Part shown: positions 20,896 to 30,574 of the stretch, piece by piece | Position numbering within the stretch: the stretch's first letter is position 1 | Layout of the letters: every line of letters starts with the position of its first letter | Assembly (NCBI GenBank): GCA_000175855.1 | Contig: ACYB01000042.1 | Span: forward strand, 60,001 to 92,000 | Length of the DNA: 32,000 nt | Source of the DNA: Raphidiopsis brookii D9 | Lineage (GTDB): Bacteria > Cyanobacteriota > Cyanobacteriia > Cyanobacteriales > Nostocaceae | Direction: 5' to 3' | Position numbers and translations under genes: made by a program | Notes under the pieces: model-generated | The model's input: the letters and a program-made list of their open reading frames with translations, nothing else | The model's database searches: none | Told to the model about the DNA's origin: nothing

Positions 20896-21342
20896 TTATT
20901 CCTCTTCATCGTTGTCTAAATCATCATCATCACCATCAGTGTCAGAAGATATTAGCTTTTTATCACTTTCACTTAGTTGAATCAGGTGAATATGTTTATA
21001 ACCTAGACGAATTTCAAATTCATCTCCAGGTTTTAAACCCATAGCCTTGGTATAAGTAGCACCAATGACAATTTGACGGTTTTGATGGACACTTACACGA
21101 TAGGTTGGCTCTCTTCCTCTTCCATCTTTTGTTGATTCCGGACTGAGGGGAATACCTCTAGCAGATAGCAAAGCATCATAAAAATCCGTGAGGTTAACAC
21201 GCACCTGATTATTTTTAGTTACGGTGTAATACCCACATTGCTTTGCTCTTTCTCGGCGGGGTAAATTGGAAAGTTCTTTTACCCTGGACAGCAATGCTTT
21301 TCCTGTTAATGGGGCACTTGCGGTTTCAGTCATTATGCTCAA
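20896..21342 (-). CDS. Cyanobacterial AbrB-like transcriptional regulator (cyAbrB)
   Basis: PLTGKALLSRVKELSNLPRRERAKQCGYYTV ... YRVSVHQNRQIVIGATYTKAMGLKPGDEFEIRLGYKHIHLIQL, with an acidic C-terminus; cyAbrB architecture. Confidence 0.9.
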   Translation of the reverse strand: MSIMTETASAPLTGKALLSRVKELSNLPRRERAKQCGYYTVTKNNQVRVNLTDFYDALLSARGIPLSPESTKDGRGREPTYRVSVHQNRQIVIGATYTKAMGLKPGDEFEIRLGYKHIHLIQLSESDKKLISSDTDGDDDDLDNDEEE

Positions 21343-21590
21343 AATTCCCTTAATCTATGCAAACAAATCATGCCAGGTAGTCTAGTTTTACATTTGGCTT
21401 GCAGCCAATGTATGTAGCTACTTAAAAGTTGCAGTTTAGCAGTTTAACTGTGAATTACCTGCTTATATTATCAGCCATGTGACCCTGATCTGGGTCATTC
21501 ACTCCCAAGAGGTTTTTCCAGAAATATTTATCAGGTGATTTTACAACACTTTCAACCATTATTCACCATCAGCATCAGCAAAAACTGACC

Positions 21591-21803
21591 TTAATTTTTG
21601 GGTGATCCCAAAGTGATGTAATGCCAGTGATGTAATTTTAAGGTACCTTGGGCTAGTTCTACTCCTAAAAAGTGGTAGACACAATAATTCACAGGGTTTC
21701 CACTTTTAGTCCTTGCTGTTGAGTTGTAGGTTGGCACCCACTCCCCATCTTGAGCTAGAACCCAGTATTCTCCATCTGAAGGACTTACACCTGTTGATTT
21801 CAT
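21591..21803 (-). CDS. Small hypothetical protein
   Basis: 70-aa ORF, MKSTGVSPSDGEYWVLAQDGEWVPTYNSTARTKSGNPVNYCVYHFLGVELAQGTLKLHHWHYITLGSPKN. No family recognised; could be spurious or a remnant. Confidence 0.3.
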   Translation of the reverse strand: MKSTGVSPSDGEYWVLAQDGEWVPTYNSTARTKSGNPVNYCVYHFLGVELAQGTLKLHHWHYITLGSPKN

Positions 21804-22190
21804 CCGGAGAATCTAGAAAATTCTCCTAGTCTGTTCATCAACAAAGCACTACCAACCGCACTTGTACGACTGTTAGTTCTGCTCCTGGTGCAGTTTCATA
21901 TCAAATACTATCATGAATCAATAATAGCAAAATATTTCTTTAATTGAAAAAACAATTTACAATTTATTATCTATCCATTAGATATCTCCCCCAGAGTGGT
22001 CGTTTATCAGGTGATAACAAAAGTTAGGGGAATTTTGTCTTGGATTTATGCTCCTGGAACTATGGACTTAAGATGTTGATCCGAACTTATATAATAAGGA
22101 TAAGATTGTGGATTATCAGCTGGCAACCCGGGCTAAATGGGTTAAATGGAGCAGCCAGGTTTTTTTAAAAATAAAACGGGAGCCTTATAT

Positions 22191-23198
22191 ATGGAAATTA
22201 TTTTGCACATTACTCGTCAGCAACCTAACTCTACTCCTGTGGTGGAATCCTATAATTTACAGGTGGATCCGGGAAATACAATCTTGGATTGTCTTAATCG
22301 TATTAAGTGGGAACAAGATGGAACTTTGGCATTCCGCAAAAACTGTCGTAATACTATTTGTGGTAGCTGTGCTATGGTGATTAATGGACGTTCCGCTTTA
22401 GCTTGCAAAGAAAATGTTGGCAGCGAACTGGCTAGGTTAAGAAATATTTCCGCTTCTGTTTACCACGCAGACTATCATACCATTAATTCAATTACCGTCG
22501 CTCCCCTAGGAAATATGCCTGTAATTAAGGATTTGGTGGTGGATATGACCAATTTTTGGGATAATCTGGAGACGGTTACACCATATATTAGTACAGCAGC
22601 ACGACAAATCCCAGAAAGGGAGTTTCTCCAAACCCCCCAGGAGCGATCGCTTTTAGACCAGACGGGAAATTGTATTATGTGTGGTGCATGTTATTCCGAA
22701 TGTAATGCTCGTCAGGTTAACCCGGATTTTGTTGGTCCCCATGCTTTAGCTAAAGCCTATCGTATGGTAGCAGATTCTCGGGATGACAATCAAGAAAATC
22801 GCTTGGAAGAATATAATCATACAACTCAAGGTGTGTGGGGTTGCACTCGCTGTTTCTATTGTGATTCTGTATGTCCTATGGGAGTGGAACCTTTAGCACA
22901 AATCAACAAAATCAAACAAAAGATTTTAGAACGTAAACAAGCTGATGAAAGTCGTTCCATTCGCCACCGTAAGGTACTGGTAGATTTAGTTAAACAGGGA
23001 GGATGGATAGATGAGCGTCAGTTTGGGGTGCAAGTGGTTGGCAATTATTTTCGCGATCTCAAAGGACTACTTTCTCTAGCTCCCCTGGGTTTAAGAATGT
23101 TAGTCCGAGGCAAGTTTCCCCTTTCCTTTGAGCCATCATCAGGTACCCAGGAAGTAAAATCTCTTATAGAGTCCATCCAAAAACAGGAATTAACATAA
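22191..23198 (+). CDS. sdhB: Succinate dehydrogenase/fumarate reductase iron-sulfur subunit
   Basis: FRKNCRNTICGSCAMVINGRSALAC ([2Fe-2S] ligands), CIMCGACYSECNARQV and CTRCFYCDSVCPMGV (Fe-S cluster motifs). Start set at MEIILHITRQ. Confidence 0.93.
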   Translation: MEIILHITRQQPNSTPVVESYNLQVDPGNTILDCLNRIKWEQDGTLAFRKNCRNTICGSCAMVINGRSALACKENVGSELARLRNISASVYHADYHTINSITVAPLGNMPVIKDLVVDMTNFWDNLETVTPYISTAARQIPEREFLQTPQERSLLDQTGNCIMCGACYSECNARQVNPDFVGPHALAKAYRMVADSRDDNQENRLEEYNHTTQGVWGCTRCFYCDSVCPMGVEPLAQINKIKQKILERKQADESRSIRHRKVLVDLVKQGGWIDERQFGVQVVGNYFRDLKGLLSLAPLGLRMLVRGKFPLSFEPSSGTQEVKSLIESIQKQELT

Positions 23199-23213
23199 TA
23201 TACAATATATTTA

Positions 23214-23756
23214 CTATGGTACATTTAATTTTTGACCAAATTGGTCATAAACCAAAATATCCCATTGTCCACTATTGGTGAACTCAAATGCAATTCTATT
23301 GCCATCAGCACTAATGGTGGGATTGCGGAATTGAGCTGCTAAATTGGTGGTTAAGTTACGAGATTGGCGTGTTTCTCTATCATAAAGAAAAATGCCAGAT
23401 TTTCCTTGACGACTAGCAGCAAAAACAATATAACGACCATCCTGACTTACCGCAGGATGGTCAGCCATACTGTCAAAGGTATTCAGTTCAGGTAAATCTA
23501 CTAGACTCCTAGTAATTGTGTCAAATAAATACACATCCTGGCTACCCCGACGGTCAGTAACAAACACAATATATCTACCACCAATGTGTGGGTTAAACTC
23601 AGAAGCTAAACTATTTAAACCACGACCACCAGAGTCCAAAGGATAATTTAAGATTCGCGGGTAACCGAAACACCCAGCTAACAAACCTGACATCAAAACC
23701 AAGCTCAACAGTAAAATGGCAGATGACCTAGATAACTTATGTAAATTATATAACAT
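23214..23756 (-). CDS. TolB-like/PD40 beta-propeller repeat lipoprotein
   Basis: Lipobox-like LLAGC; repeats GRYIVFVTDRRGSQDVYLFD, HPAVSQDGRYIVFAASRQGKSGIFLYDRETRQ, NPTISADGNRIAFEFTNSGQWDILVYD. Confidence 0.85.
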   Translation of the reverse strand: MLYNLHKLSRSSAILLLSLVLMSGLLAGCFGYPRILNYPLDSGGRGLNSLASEFNPHIGGRYIVFVTDRRGSQDVYLFDTITRSLVDLPELNTFDSMADHPAVSQDGRYIVFAASRQGKSGIFLYDRETRQSRNLTTNLAAQFRNPTISADGNRIAFEFTNSGQWDILVYDQFGQKLNVP

Positions 23757-23773
23757 ACCACCAAGTCTTCAGA

Positions 23774-24286
23774 CTAACTTCCCACAGTCCTACCATTAGG
23801 AATATCTAACTCCACAGTTGGTCCACGATCCAAAACTTCAATATCCCATTGTCCACGACCAGCGGATTGGAAGACAATATAACGTCCATCAGGACTAATA
23901 TCCGGATTTTTAATCCAACCCCCGTATGTGGGAGTTAACACTTGTGACTGTTTTGTAGCTCGGTCATAAAGAGCTATCACTGGTTTAGCGCGATCGCTTG
24001 TTAAATAACAAATATAACGACCAGTGTAGCTGAGACTAGGATTTTCCACAATGGTTTCTCGTCGATTTAAACCAGGAATGGGAGCAAAGCCTTGATTTTG
24101 CAAATCATAGACCAACAACTGCTGACTACCACTACGATTAGAAACAAAAGCTAGAAACCTTCCATCACCACTAAAAGCAGGATCCTGCTCTGTATAGCGG
24201 GTATTCACCGACAAAATATCCATCCTCACTTCACTAGTTCCACAAGATACTAGTAAAATAGCCAGTGCCAAAATTAGGACTTGCAT
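23774..24286 (-). CDS. TolB-like/PD40 beta-propeller repeat lipoprotein (tandem paralogue)
   Basis: Lipobox-like LLVSC; repeats DPAFSGDGRFLAFVSNRSGSQQLLVYD, NPDISPDGRYIVFQSAGRGQWDIEVLD. Start set at MQVLILALAILLVSC. Confidence 0.85.
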   Translation of the reverse strand: MQVLILALAILLVSCGTSEVRMDILSVNTRYTEQDPAFSGDGRFLAFVSNRSGSQQLLVYDLQNQGFAPIPGLNRRETIVENPSLSYTGRYICYLTSDRAKPVIALYDRATKQSQVLTPTYGGWIKNPDISPDGRYIVFQSAGRGQWDIEVLDRGPTVELDIPNGRTVGS

Positions 24287-24314
24287 GAAAAAGTGAGGAG
24301 GGGGAGATAAGAAC

Positions 24315-25207
24315 TTAAATATCATCCAAATCATCAGAATTATCTGGGTTTCGAGTTGGTGTTTCTATGGGATTATAGGGTACATAATCAGCATTAATTG
24401 GTTCATCATCTCCAGAGATAAAAGACTCCACAGGGGGACGACGCCTTCTTGGTCTAGTGGGTGGTTCATTCTGGGGAAATTCTGGAGATTGAGGTTTACG
24501 AGAACGAGATGGTTTTCTGGTTTCTGAAGGGGGAGTTTCCCAGTCATCAACTGGTCTAGGAGGAGCGCCCCAATTTTCATCAGAATCATAACTATTAGGA
24601 CGGTTGGAGGAGCTTCCATAACCAGTACGGCGTTTTTTAGTTCGTGAATCTGGTTGTTCCTGACGACCACGACGTGGTGTGCGCTGGGGAGTGTCTTCGT
24701 AGCTCTCTTGACTAGGACGATCATCCCGACTACCGCGAATCCTAGGACGTTGGGGGGTTCCGGTTCTTCCTCTTCGTAGTATGGTAGTGGATCTAGATCT
24801 TCATCTACTTCTGCTTGATAATTACGACGTTGAGAATAAGAATATTTTTTACTAACTTCCCGCTCATCATCTACAATGGGAGTATTACGTTTAGCTTGTT
24901 GAGTAGCAATGCTCCTTAACCTAATACTTTCAACTGCAAAAAATACTGTAGAGCCAACCAACAGCAACTGGCCAAATTGCAAAATCGGGTCAAGTCGCCA
25001 CCCTTGAAAGATGAGAATAAACCCACATAATAGTCCAACAGCGGCGAAAAATATGTCCTGATCTCGTGAAAGTTCGGGACGCACAGTACGTAGGAAATAC
25101 AGTGCTGCTCCAGCTACCGCTAGAAAAATTCCCAGCACACTAGCTGAATTAGCCCCGAAATTTACCTGAGCTAGAAGACCAGTCCCATTGATCCCAAAAT
25201 TTATCAT
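24315..25207 (-). pseudogene. ycf66: Ycf66 family protein with a 1-nt frameshift in the C-terminal low-complexity region
   Basis: N-terminal MINFGINGTGLLAQVNFGANSASVLGIFLAVAGAALYFLRTVRPELSRDQDIFFAAVGLLCGFILIFQGWRLDP is typical Ycf66. After the C6 tract (+ 24752-24757) the charged/Pro-rich tail is found in the other frame (QRPRIRGSRDDRPSQESYEDTPQRTPRRGRQEQPDSRTKKRR...DNSDDLDDI*). 893 nt plus 1 is divisible by three. Confidence 0.85.
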
Positions 25208-25286
25208 TGCTCTTTTCCTTGTAATATCAATGACTGATGAGGGTTCATCAGTCATTAGTTAACCATTCCTTATTGTCTGAAATTGT

Positions 25287-25406
25287 CTAATTGCGTTGGA
25301 CCTTATCTTTTTGGCTGATAAAAATCAAACCCACGGTAGCAGGGATAACTACAATAGCAGTACCCCAAACTAGACTCCAAAGGAAATTTGCTAAAGAGGG
25401 TGTCAT
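25287..25406 (-). CDS. psbX: Photosystem II reaction centre protein X (PsbX)
   Basis: Not in the ORF track. Translates to MTPSLANFLWSLVWGTAIVVIPATVGLIFISQKDKVQRN*, matching the small PsbX family and adjacent to ycf66. Confidence 0.92.
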   Translation of the reverse strand: MTPSLANFLWSLVWGTAIVVIPATVGLIFISQKDKVQRN

Positions 25407-25821
25407 AATTCTTAACCTGATTTTTTTACACAATTCATCCTAATTTTAGCAAAGAATGAACTCCATTGTGGTACTATTGGATTTAACTGATAGTCATGAC
25501 TAGTGTTATGAGTGGTGTTGACCTGATCTCCTGGACTGTTGGACCCCTTCTGGGTGTCATGACCTTTTTATTTTATTTTCCGGATCATTTTGACTTGGTA
25601 TCCCCAGGTGAGTCTTAAACAATTACCGTTTAGTCTGATCGCCTGGCCAACTGAACCTTTTTTAGTCCTACTCAGGAAAATTGTGCCACCTCTTGGTGGT
25701 GTGGATATCACTCCCATTATTTGGGTAGGTATCTTCAGTTTGGTAAGGGAGTTTTTGCTAGGTCAGCAAGGATTACTGACCATGGCGGCACGATTAAATG
25801 GATAGTTACTCTCAACAACAA

Positions 25822-27167
25822 CTAAGGAAGTTTCATATCCTGTATGAAACTGGTGTAAACTTGACCTTGTAAAAACTGTGGATGTTCCATGATCCTTTGA
25901 TGAAATGCAATGGTTGTAGGTAGTCCGGTAATTGCACATTCCCTTAGGGCCCGTTTCATGCGGTTAATGGCCGTATGGCGATCAGGTCCCCAGACGATTA
26001 ATTTACCAATCAGGGAATCGTAGTAGGGAGGGATTTGGTAATCTGTGTAAACATGAGAATCAATTCTTACCCCTGGTCCTCCTGGTGGTAGGTAGCCACT
26101 GATTTTACCAGGTGATGGACGAAAGTCATGATCTGGGTCTTCAGCATTGATGCGACACTCGATAGCATGACCTTGCAGGGTGACTTTATCCTGATCGAAT
26201 TTGAGTCTTTCCCCTTGAGCAATGCGAATTTGCTCTACGAGAAGGTCTACACCGGTAACCATTTCAGTGACTGGGTGTTCTACTTGAATCCGGGTGTTCA
26301 TTTCCATAAAGTAGAAATGACCTGACTTGTCTAGGAGAAATTCCACGGTTCCAGCACCTGTGTAGTTAATAAACTGTGCTGCTTTCACAGCTGCATGTCC
26401 CATTTTTTCCCGTAGATCTTCATCCAAAGCAGGACTAGGTGCTTCTTCTAATAACTTCTGGTTGCGACGCTGAATAGAACAGTCCCTTTCTCCTAAATGG
26501 ATGACATTACCATAGTTATCCCCCAGGATTTGAAACTCGATGTGTCGAGGACGTTCGATAAATTTTTCTATATAGACACCAGCATTACCAAAAGCGGCAC
26601 CAGCTTCTCCTTGAGCTGCATGGAACAGCTTAATAAACTCATCTTCACTGCGCACAAGACGCATACCTCTACCACCACCTCCAGCAGTGGCCTTGATCAT
26701 GACAGGATAACCGATCTGGTGCGCGATCGCCAGTCCTTGGGTTTCAGTTTCCACCAGTCCATCACTACCGGGAACCGTGGGAACTCCAGCCTTTTGCATA
26801 GTTTCTTTGGCTGTGGATTTATCCCCCATTAAGCGAATTGCTTCTGGTGTAGGACCAATAAATGCAATTTGGTGGTCTGCACAAATCTCTGCGAATCTGG
26901 CATTTTCTGCGAGAAAACCATAACCTGGGTGAATAGCAGTTGCACCTCTGGTTAAGGCTGCTGCAATAATGTTGGAATATTTAAGTAACTTTTAGCACTA
27001 GCTGGTTCACCAATACAAACCGCTTCATCAGCCAATTGAACGTGTAGAGCATTACGGTCAACGGTAGAGTGAATAGCAACTGTGGAAATTCCCATTTCTT
27101 CACAGGCCCGGAGAATACGAAGGGCTATTTCCCCCCGATTGGCAATTAAAATCTTGTCAAACTTCAT
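25822..27167 (-). pseudogene. accC: Biotin carboxylase subunit of acetyl-CoA carboxylase, split by an apparent 1-nt deletion
   Basis: [26 protein letters not shown]...[10 protein letters not shown](26952..27167) and [59 protein letters not shown]... in the next frame. Junction CCAACATT at + 26972-26973, expected CCAAACATT. 1346+1 nt is divisible by three (448 aa). Confidence 0.95.
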
Positions 27168-27367
27168 TTTTTAGTTACCATATTACTACCAGTGGATTCA
27201 CATTTTCTCCCATCTGCTTGAACTAAAGCTGTTATATTATATTAGTTCTCATGATTTTCTGATCGAAAATTCCAGAAAGTCTTTGCCACAACTTAATTTA
27301 CAAAACTTTTCAAAAAACATTTGCCATTGTCAATTTACTATGCTATAATTCGGTTCTAGGCAACCAT

Positions 27368-27448
27368 GCGGATGTGGCGGAATTGGTATACGCGCACGCT
27401 TGAGGTGCGTGTGGCATTGCCTTGCGAGTTCGAGTCTCGCCATCCGCA
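27368..27448 (+). tRNA. trnL-GAG: tRNA-Leu (anticodon GAG)
   Basis: GCGGATG acceptor pairs with CATCCGC; anticodon arm CACGC-TTGAGGT-GCGTG; T arm GCGAG-TTCGAGT-CTCGC; extra variable arm GTGGCATTGCC typical of class II tRNA. Confidence 0.95.
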
Positions 27449-27458
27449 TAATGCCCTG

Positions 27459-28088
27459 TTAAAGTTGATTGATTCGGGAAAATAAAAGAGCCACCTTGTC
27501 TAAATCCTTGTCCCCGGGCGATCGCTCCACTCCACTAGAGAGGTCAATACCATCTGGATGGATTTGAGTGAGGGCGGTAGTAACATTATCTGGAGTCAGT
27601 CCTCCTGCCAAAAACCAGGGAAGGTTGGGGCGGAAGGATTGTAGGACTTGCCAGTCAAGGGTTTTTCCCGTTCCTCCTAACTGTTGGGGATGATAAGCAT
27701 CCAATAAAAATGTATCCACACAACTGCTGTAGTTGGGGGTAGTTTCTAGTTGTTCCCAGCTCCTTACCCTAAAAGCCTTAATTAGTTCTATGTTAGGCAA
27801 GACTTGACGTAATTCCTCACAGAATAGAGGGGTTTCGTCTCCATGTAGCTGTACACCGGTTAAACTTGATGAACTGACTACTTTGGTAATTTCAAAAATG
27901 CTACTGTTTGCGAACACACCAATTTTCTCAACATGGTCAGGTACATGGGAAGTGGCTAGGTTAATCTGTTCTATACTGACATAGCGGGGTGAACTAGGTA
28001 CACAAATAAAACCTAAAGCAGTTGCACCCAGTTGGGTAATTGCCAAAGATTGTTGTGGTTGAGTAATACCGCAAATTTTAATCCGCAT
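27459..28088 (-). CDS. trpF: Phosphoribosylanthranilate isomerase
   Basis: [28 protein letters not shown]-like [29 protein letters not shown]. Start set at MRIKICGI. Confidence 0.93.
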   Translation of the reverse strand: MRIKICGITQPQQSLAITQLGATALGFICVPSSPRYVSIEQINLATSHVPDHVEKIGVFANSSIFEITKVVSSSSLTGVQLHGDETPLFCEELRQVLPNIELIKAFRVRSWEQLETTPNYSSCVDTFLLDAYHPQQLGGTGKTLDWQVLQSFRPNLPWFLAGGLTPDNVTTALTQIHPDGIDLSSGVERSPGDKDLDKVALLFSRINQL

Positions 28089-28107
28089 TGAGATAGTCTG
28101 ATGATGG

Positions 28108-29121
28108 TTAAATTCCGCCATGACCCAGTGCTAGACCGGTAACTAGCATTCCCAAAACTAGAAACGGTTGAGCACTGGCCTGGTATTTGACATCATTAGC
28201 GATAGGGTCTCTCAGGAAATACATATCCTGGAAAGTAATTTGGGGAATGATTAATAATGCCAAAATTGCCGCATATAGATTTTCATGAATGCTGACTAGA
28301 TAACCTGCTACTAAACCTTGAAATAAATCTATCATTACCACACAAATTAGGGCCGCAGTTTCAATGCCAAACATCACAGGTAATGAATTTAAACCTAACT
28401 GGCGATCGCCTTCCACACTTTTAAAGTCATTGACAATAGCAATACCCAAACCAGCCAAACTGTAAAATAGGGTAAGAACCACAATTTTCCAATTTAATTC
28501 ACCAAATAAAGCATGACCCGCCCACCAAGGTAAGGCAATATAACTAGCACCCAAAGCATAGTTACCCAGCCAACCATTTTGTTTTAACTTTAATGGAGGA
28601 GCTGAATAAATATAGGCAACCAAAGAGCCAAAAACCGACAGCATCAAAACATTAGGAAATGTGTGGCCCGCCCATATATCTAAAATATAAGCAACTCCAT
28701 AGCCCAATAATAATAAAATTACAAACTGACTAACTACTTGTTTTTCAGAAATTGCTCCGGAAGGAATAGGGCGGTAAGGTTCATTGATAGCATCTATTTC
28801 TCGGTCATAATAATCATTAATGGTTTGGGTGTAACCAGTGAGTAAGGGACCTGAAAGTAACATGCACAGTGCTGCTTTCAAAACATTTTCTAAGCTCCAG
28901 CTGTAGTTACCAGAAGAAGCTGCACCACACACCACACCCAAATTAAGGAATCCAGGTAATAGGTTCATCAACTGTAACCGAATTTTCCATATTGATGTTT
29001 CTCCAGATGCTGCACCTTTCATTCCCAAAAGTTGACGGGTTTTAGATGTGCGTTCTCCTGAATTTTCTGTATCTATTGCTGAAGACTGAGAATTTTCATT
29101 TACAGGGGCGGATTCAGACAT
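28108..29121 (-). CDS. chlG: Chlorophyll synthase (UbiA family), with a local out-of-frame patch
   Basis: [11 protein letters not shown]-like N-terminus, [94 protein letters not shown]. Confidence 0.96.
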   Translation of the reverse strand: MSESAPVNENSQSSAIDTENSGERTSKTRQLLGMKGAASGETSIWKIRLQLMNLLPGFLNLGVVCGAASSGNYSWSLENVLKAALCMLLSGPLLTGYTQTINDYYDREIDAINEPYRPIPSGAISEKQVVSQFVILLLLGYGVAYILDIWAGHTFPNVLMLSVFGSLVAYIYSAPPLKLKQNGWLGNYALGASYIALPWWAGHALFGELNWKIVVLTLFYSLAGLGIAIVNDFKSVEGDRQLGLNSLPVMFGIETAALICVVMIDLFQGLVAGYLVSIHENLYAAILALLIIPQITFQDMYFLRDPIANDVKYQASAQPFLVLGMLVTGLALGHGGI

Positions 29122-29139
29122 AAAACCTACTTAATCTTT

Positions 29140-30270
29140 TTAAAAAGAAATAATCAAATAACTATTTTGAAACTTAGCTCCGGTAATGGGTTTACCACTA
29201 AGTGCTGGGGGTAAAAAGATATTGCGGCGATGGTCTCCTGCTTCTATGGTCACCTCCGGACCAGATTGAGTCAGTTTTACCTGTTTTTTGTCAAATCCTG
29301 GTAAAAACAGTCGTACCTGTTTGTTATGTACGTCTATTTCTATAGGTTTGGGAGCTTTAGCTGCTTGTTCAACAAAATTTGGCAAAGCATCAATCATTGG
29401 TTGCCAGTTTCCCGAGGATACATCAGGAACCATAGTAACGGGTAAGGGAGTAAACTCTGTGGATAAGTTATTGCTTGTATCGGCAGATAAGAGAATTATT
29501 CCCCAACAGTTAAACCAACTTGTTGGGCAATCCCCCCAAAGATAACGGGCATTGGCTACATCAATGGAGTCTGCTGTTGTAACTAAAAAGCCACAGGCAC
29601 GGGTAGGATTAGCTAAAGCAGCTTTCCCCTGGTCCAAAAAATTGTTGATTTGATTAGCTGGCTGGGCAAAGTTTTCAGCAGTCCAATTCACATTGAATAG
29701 GCTAGTAATTACAGGTTGAATCAGGGGTGACTCAGAAATTGCCTTACCTAAATCGGAGTTGGCTAATAATTGACGAAAACGTCGAATATACCAGCTAAGA
29801 GATTCAGGCATTCCCAGCATCCTCAGGGTAAAAATATCGCCAGTACCATCATAGATAATCACGTCGTATTTACCACTGGCATCATATTCGCGAATAGCAT
29901 TGAGAGCTAGAGCATTGTCCATACCTGGCAATACTACCAATTCTTGTCCGTACACGTCTTGAATAATCGGCGTACGTAGATATTGTGCCTCTAGCTTTTT
30001 TACCTCTTCCCAATTTCGCTCTAGCATAACAGATACCTGAAACTGCACGGCTTCTAAATTAGGAGCAATTTGTTCAGGATCCGCAGATAGACTAGTTCCT
30101 AATAAAATTGGTAAGGTGGGATCCGCTAATCCTGCTAGAAGTACCCGTTTTCCCTGGTTTGCCAAAAACTGGGCCGCAGCGATCGCAATTTTGCTGCGAC
30201 CAGTACCATTTTTACCTAAAAATGTTAGTATCAATGCCATCGCGTAAGTTCCAAATACTGTCAACTCCAA
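29140..30270 (-). CDS. ArsA/Get3-like P-loop ATPase with C-terminal HSP20/beta-sandwich-like domain; local out-of-frame patch
   Basis: N-terminal LTFLGKNGTGRSKIAIAAAQFLANQGKRVLLAGLADP P-loop-like motif, TSLSADPEQIAPNLEAVQ, C-terminal VRLFLPGFDKKQVKLTQSGPEVTIEAGDHRRNIFLPP. Probable start at internal Met11. Confidence 0.85.
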   Translation of the reverse strand: MELTVFGTYAMALILTFLGKNGTGRSKIAIAAAQFLANQGKRVLLAGLADPTLPILLGTSLSADPEQIAPNLEAVQFQVSVMLERNWEEVKKLEAQYLRTPIIQDVYGQELVVLPGMDNALALNAIREYDASGKYDVIIYDGTGDIFTLRMLGMPESLSWYIRRFRQLLANSDLGKAISESPLIQPVITSLFNVNWTAENFAQPANQINNFLDQGKAALANPTRACGFLVTTADSIDVANARYLWGDCPTSWFNCWGIILLSADTSNNLSTEFTPLPVTMVPDVSSGNWQPMIDALPNFVEQAAKAPKPIEIDVHNKQVRLFLPGFDKKQVKLTQSGPEVTIEAGDHRRNIFLPPALSGKPITGAKFQNSYLIISF

Positions 30271-30314
30271 TTTAACACTAATTAAGAGATTTTAGCTTAT
30301 GCTTTGAAGTATAT

Positions 30315-30518
30315 TTAGGAGACTGGTTTGAGTTCGTCCTCAAAAAACCAAGTGCTGCTCTTATCCTCAAATTTAACTACAAAACCCACACCATTACCAT
30401 CGGTTATTTTATAGTCCTCGATGACACCAACCTTGCCTAATTTTTCAGCTATAGCAGAGGATACGCGATCGCGCAAACGAAACACTTTCACTTCCTGTCC
30501 AACTTTCATAGGTGACAC
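30315..30518 (-). CDS. petP: Cytochrome b6f-associated subunit PetP (DUF2862)
   Basis: MKVGQEVKVFRLRDRVSSAIAEKLGKVGVIEDYKITDGNGVGFVVKFEDKSSTWFFEDELKPV. Confidence 0.85.
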   Translation of the reverse strand: MSPMKVGQEVKVFRLRDRVSSAIAEKLGKVGVIEDYKITDGNGVGFVVKFEDKSSTWFFEDELKPVS

Positions 30519-30574
30519 TCCAATAATCCAAATCTCATTTTACCTGAATCTGGCACCTTATTTATTCAATTTAT

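Noticed and set aside
25590-25805. Plus-strand ORF between psbX and accC
   Set aside because: No recognisable domain or supporting context; sequence reads like non-coding DNA.
26952-27167. accC as a real pseudogene or as two genes
   Set aside because: The two halves join exactly with one base, both are highly conserved, and similar homopolymer indels are scattered across the window.
28108-30270. Programmed ribosomal frameshifting in chlG/arsA-like genes
   Set aside because: The shifts are multiple, of mixed sign, at arbitrary homopolymers and not at slippery heptamers with downstream structure. Sequence error is simpler.
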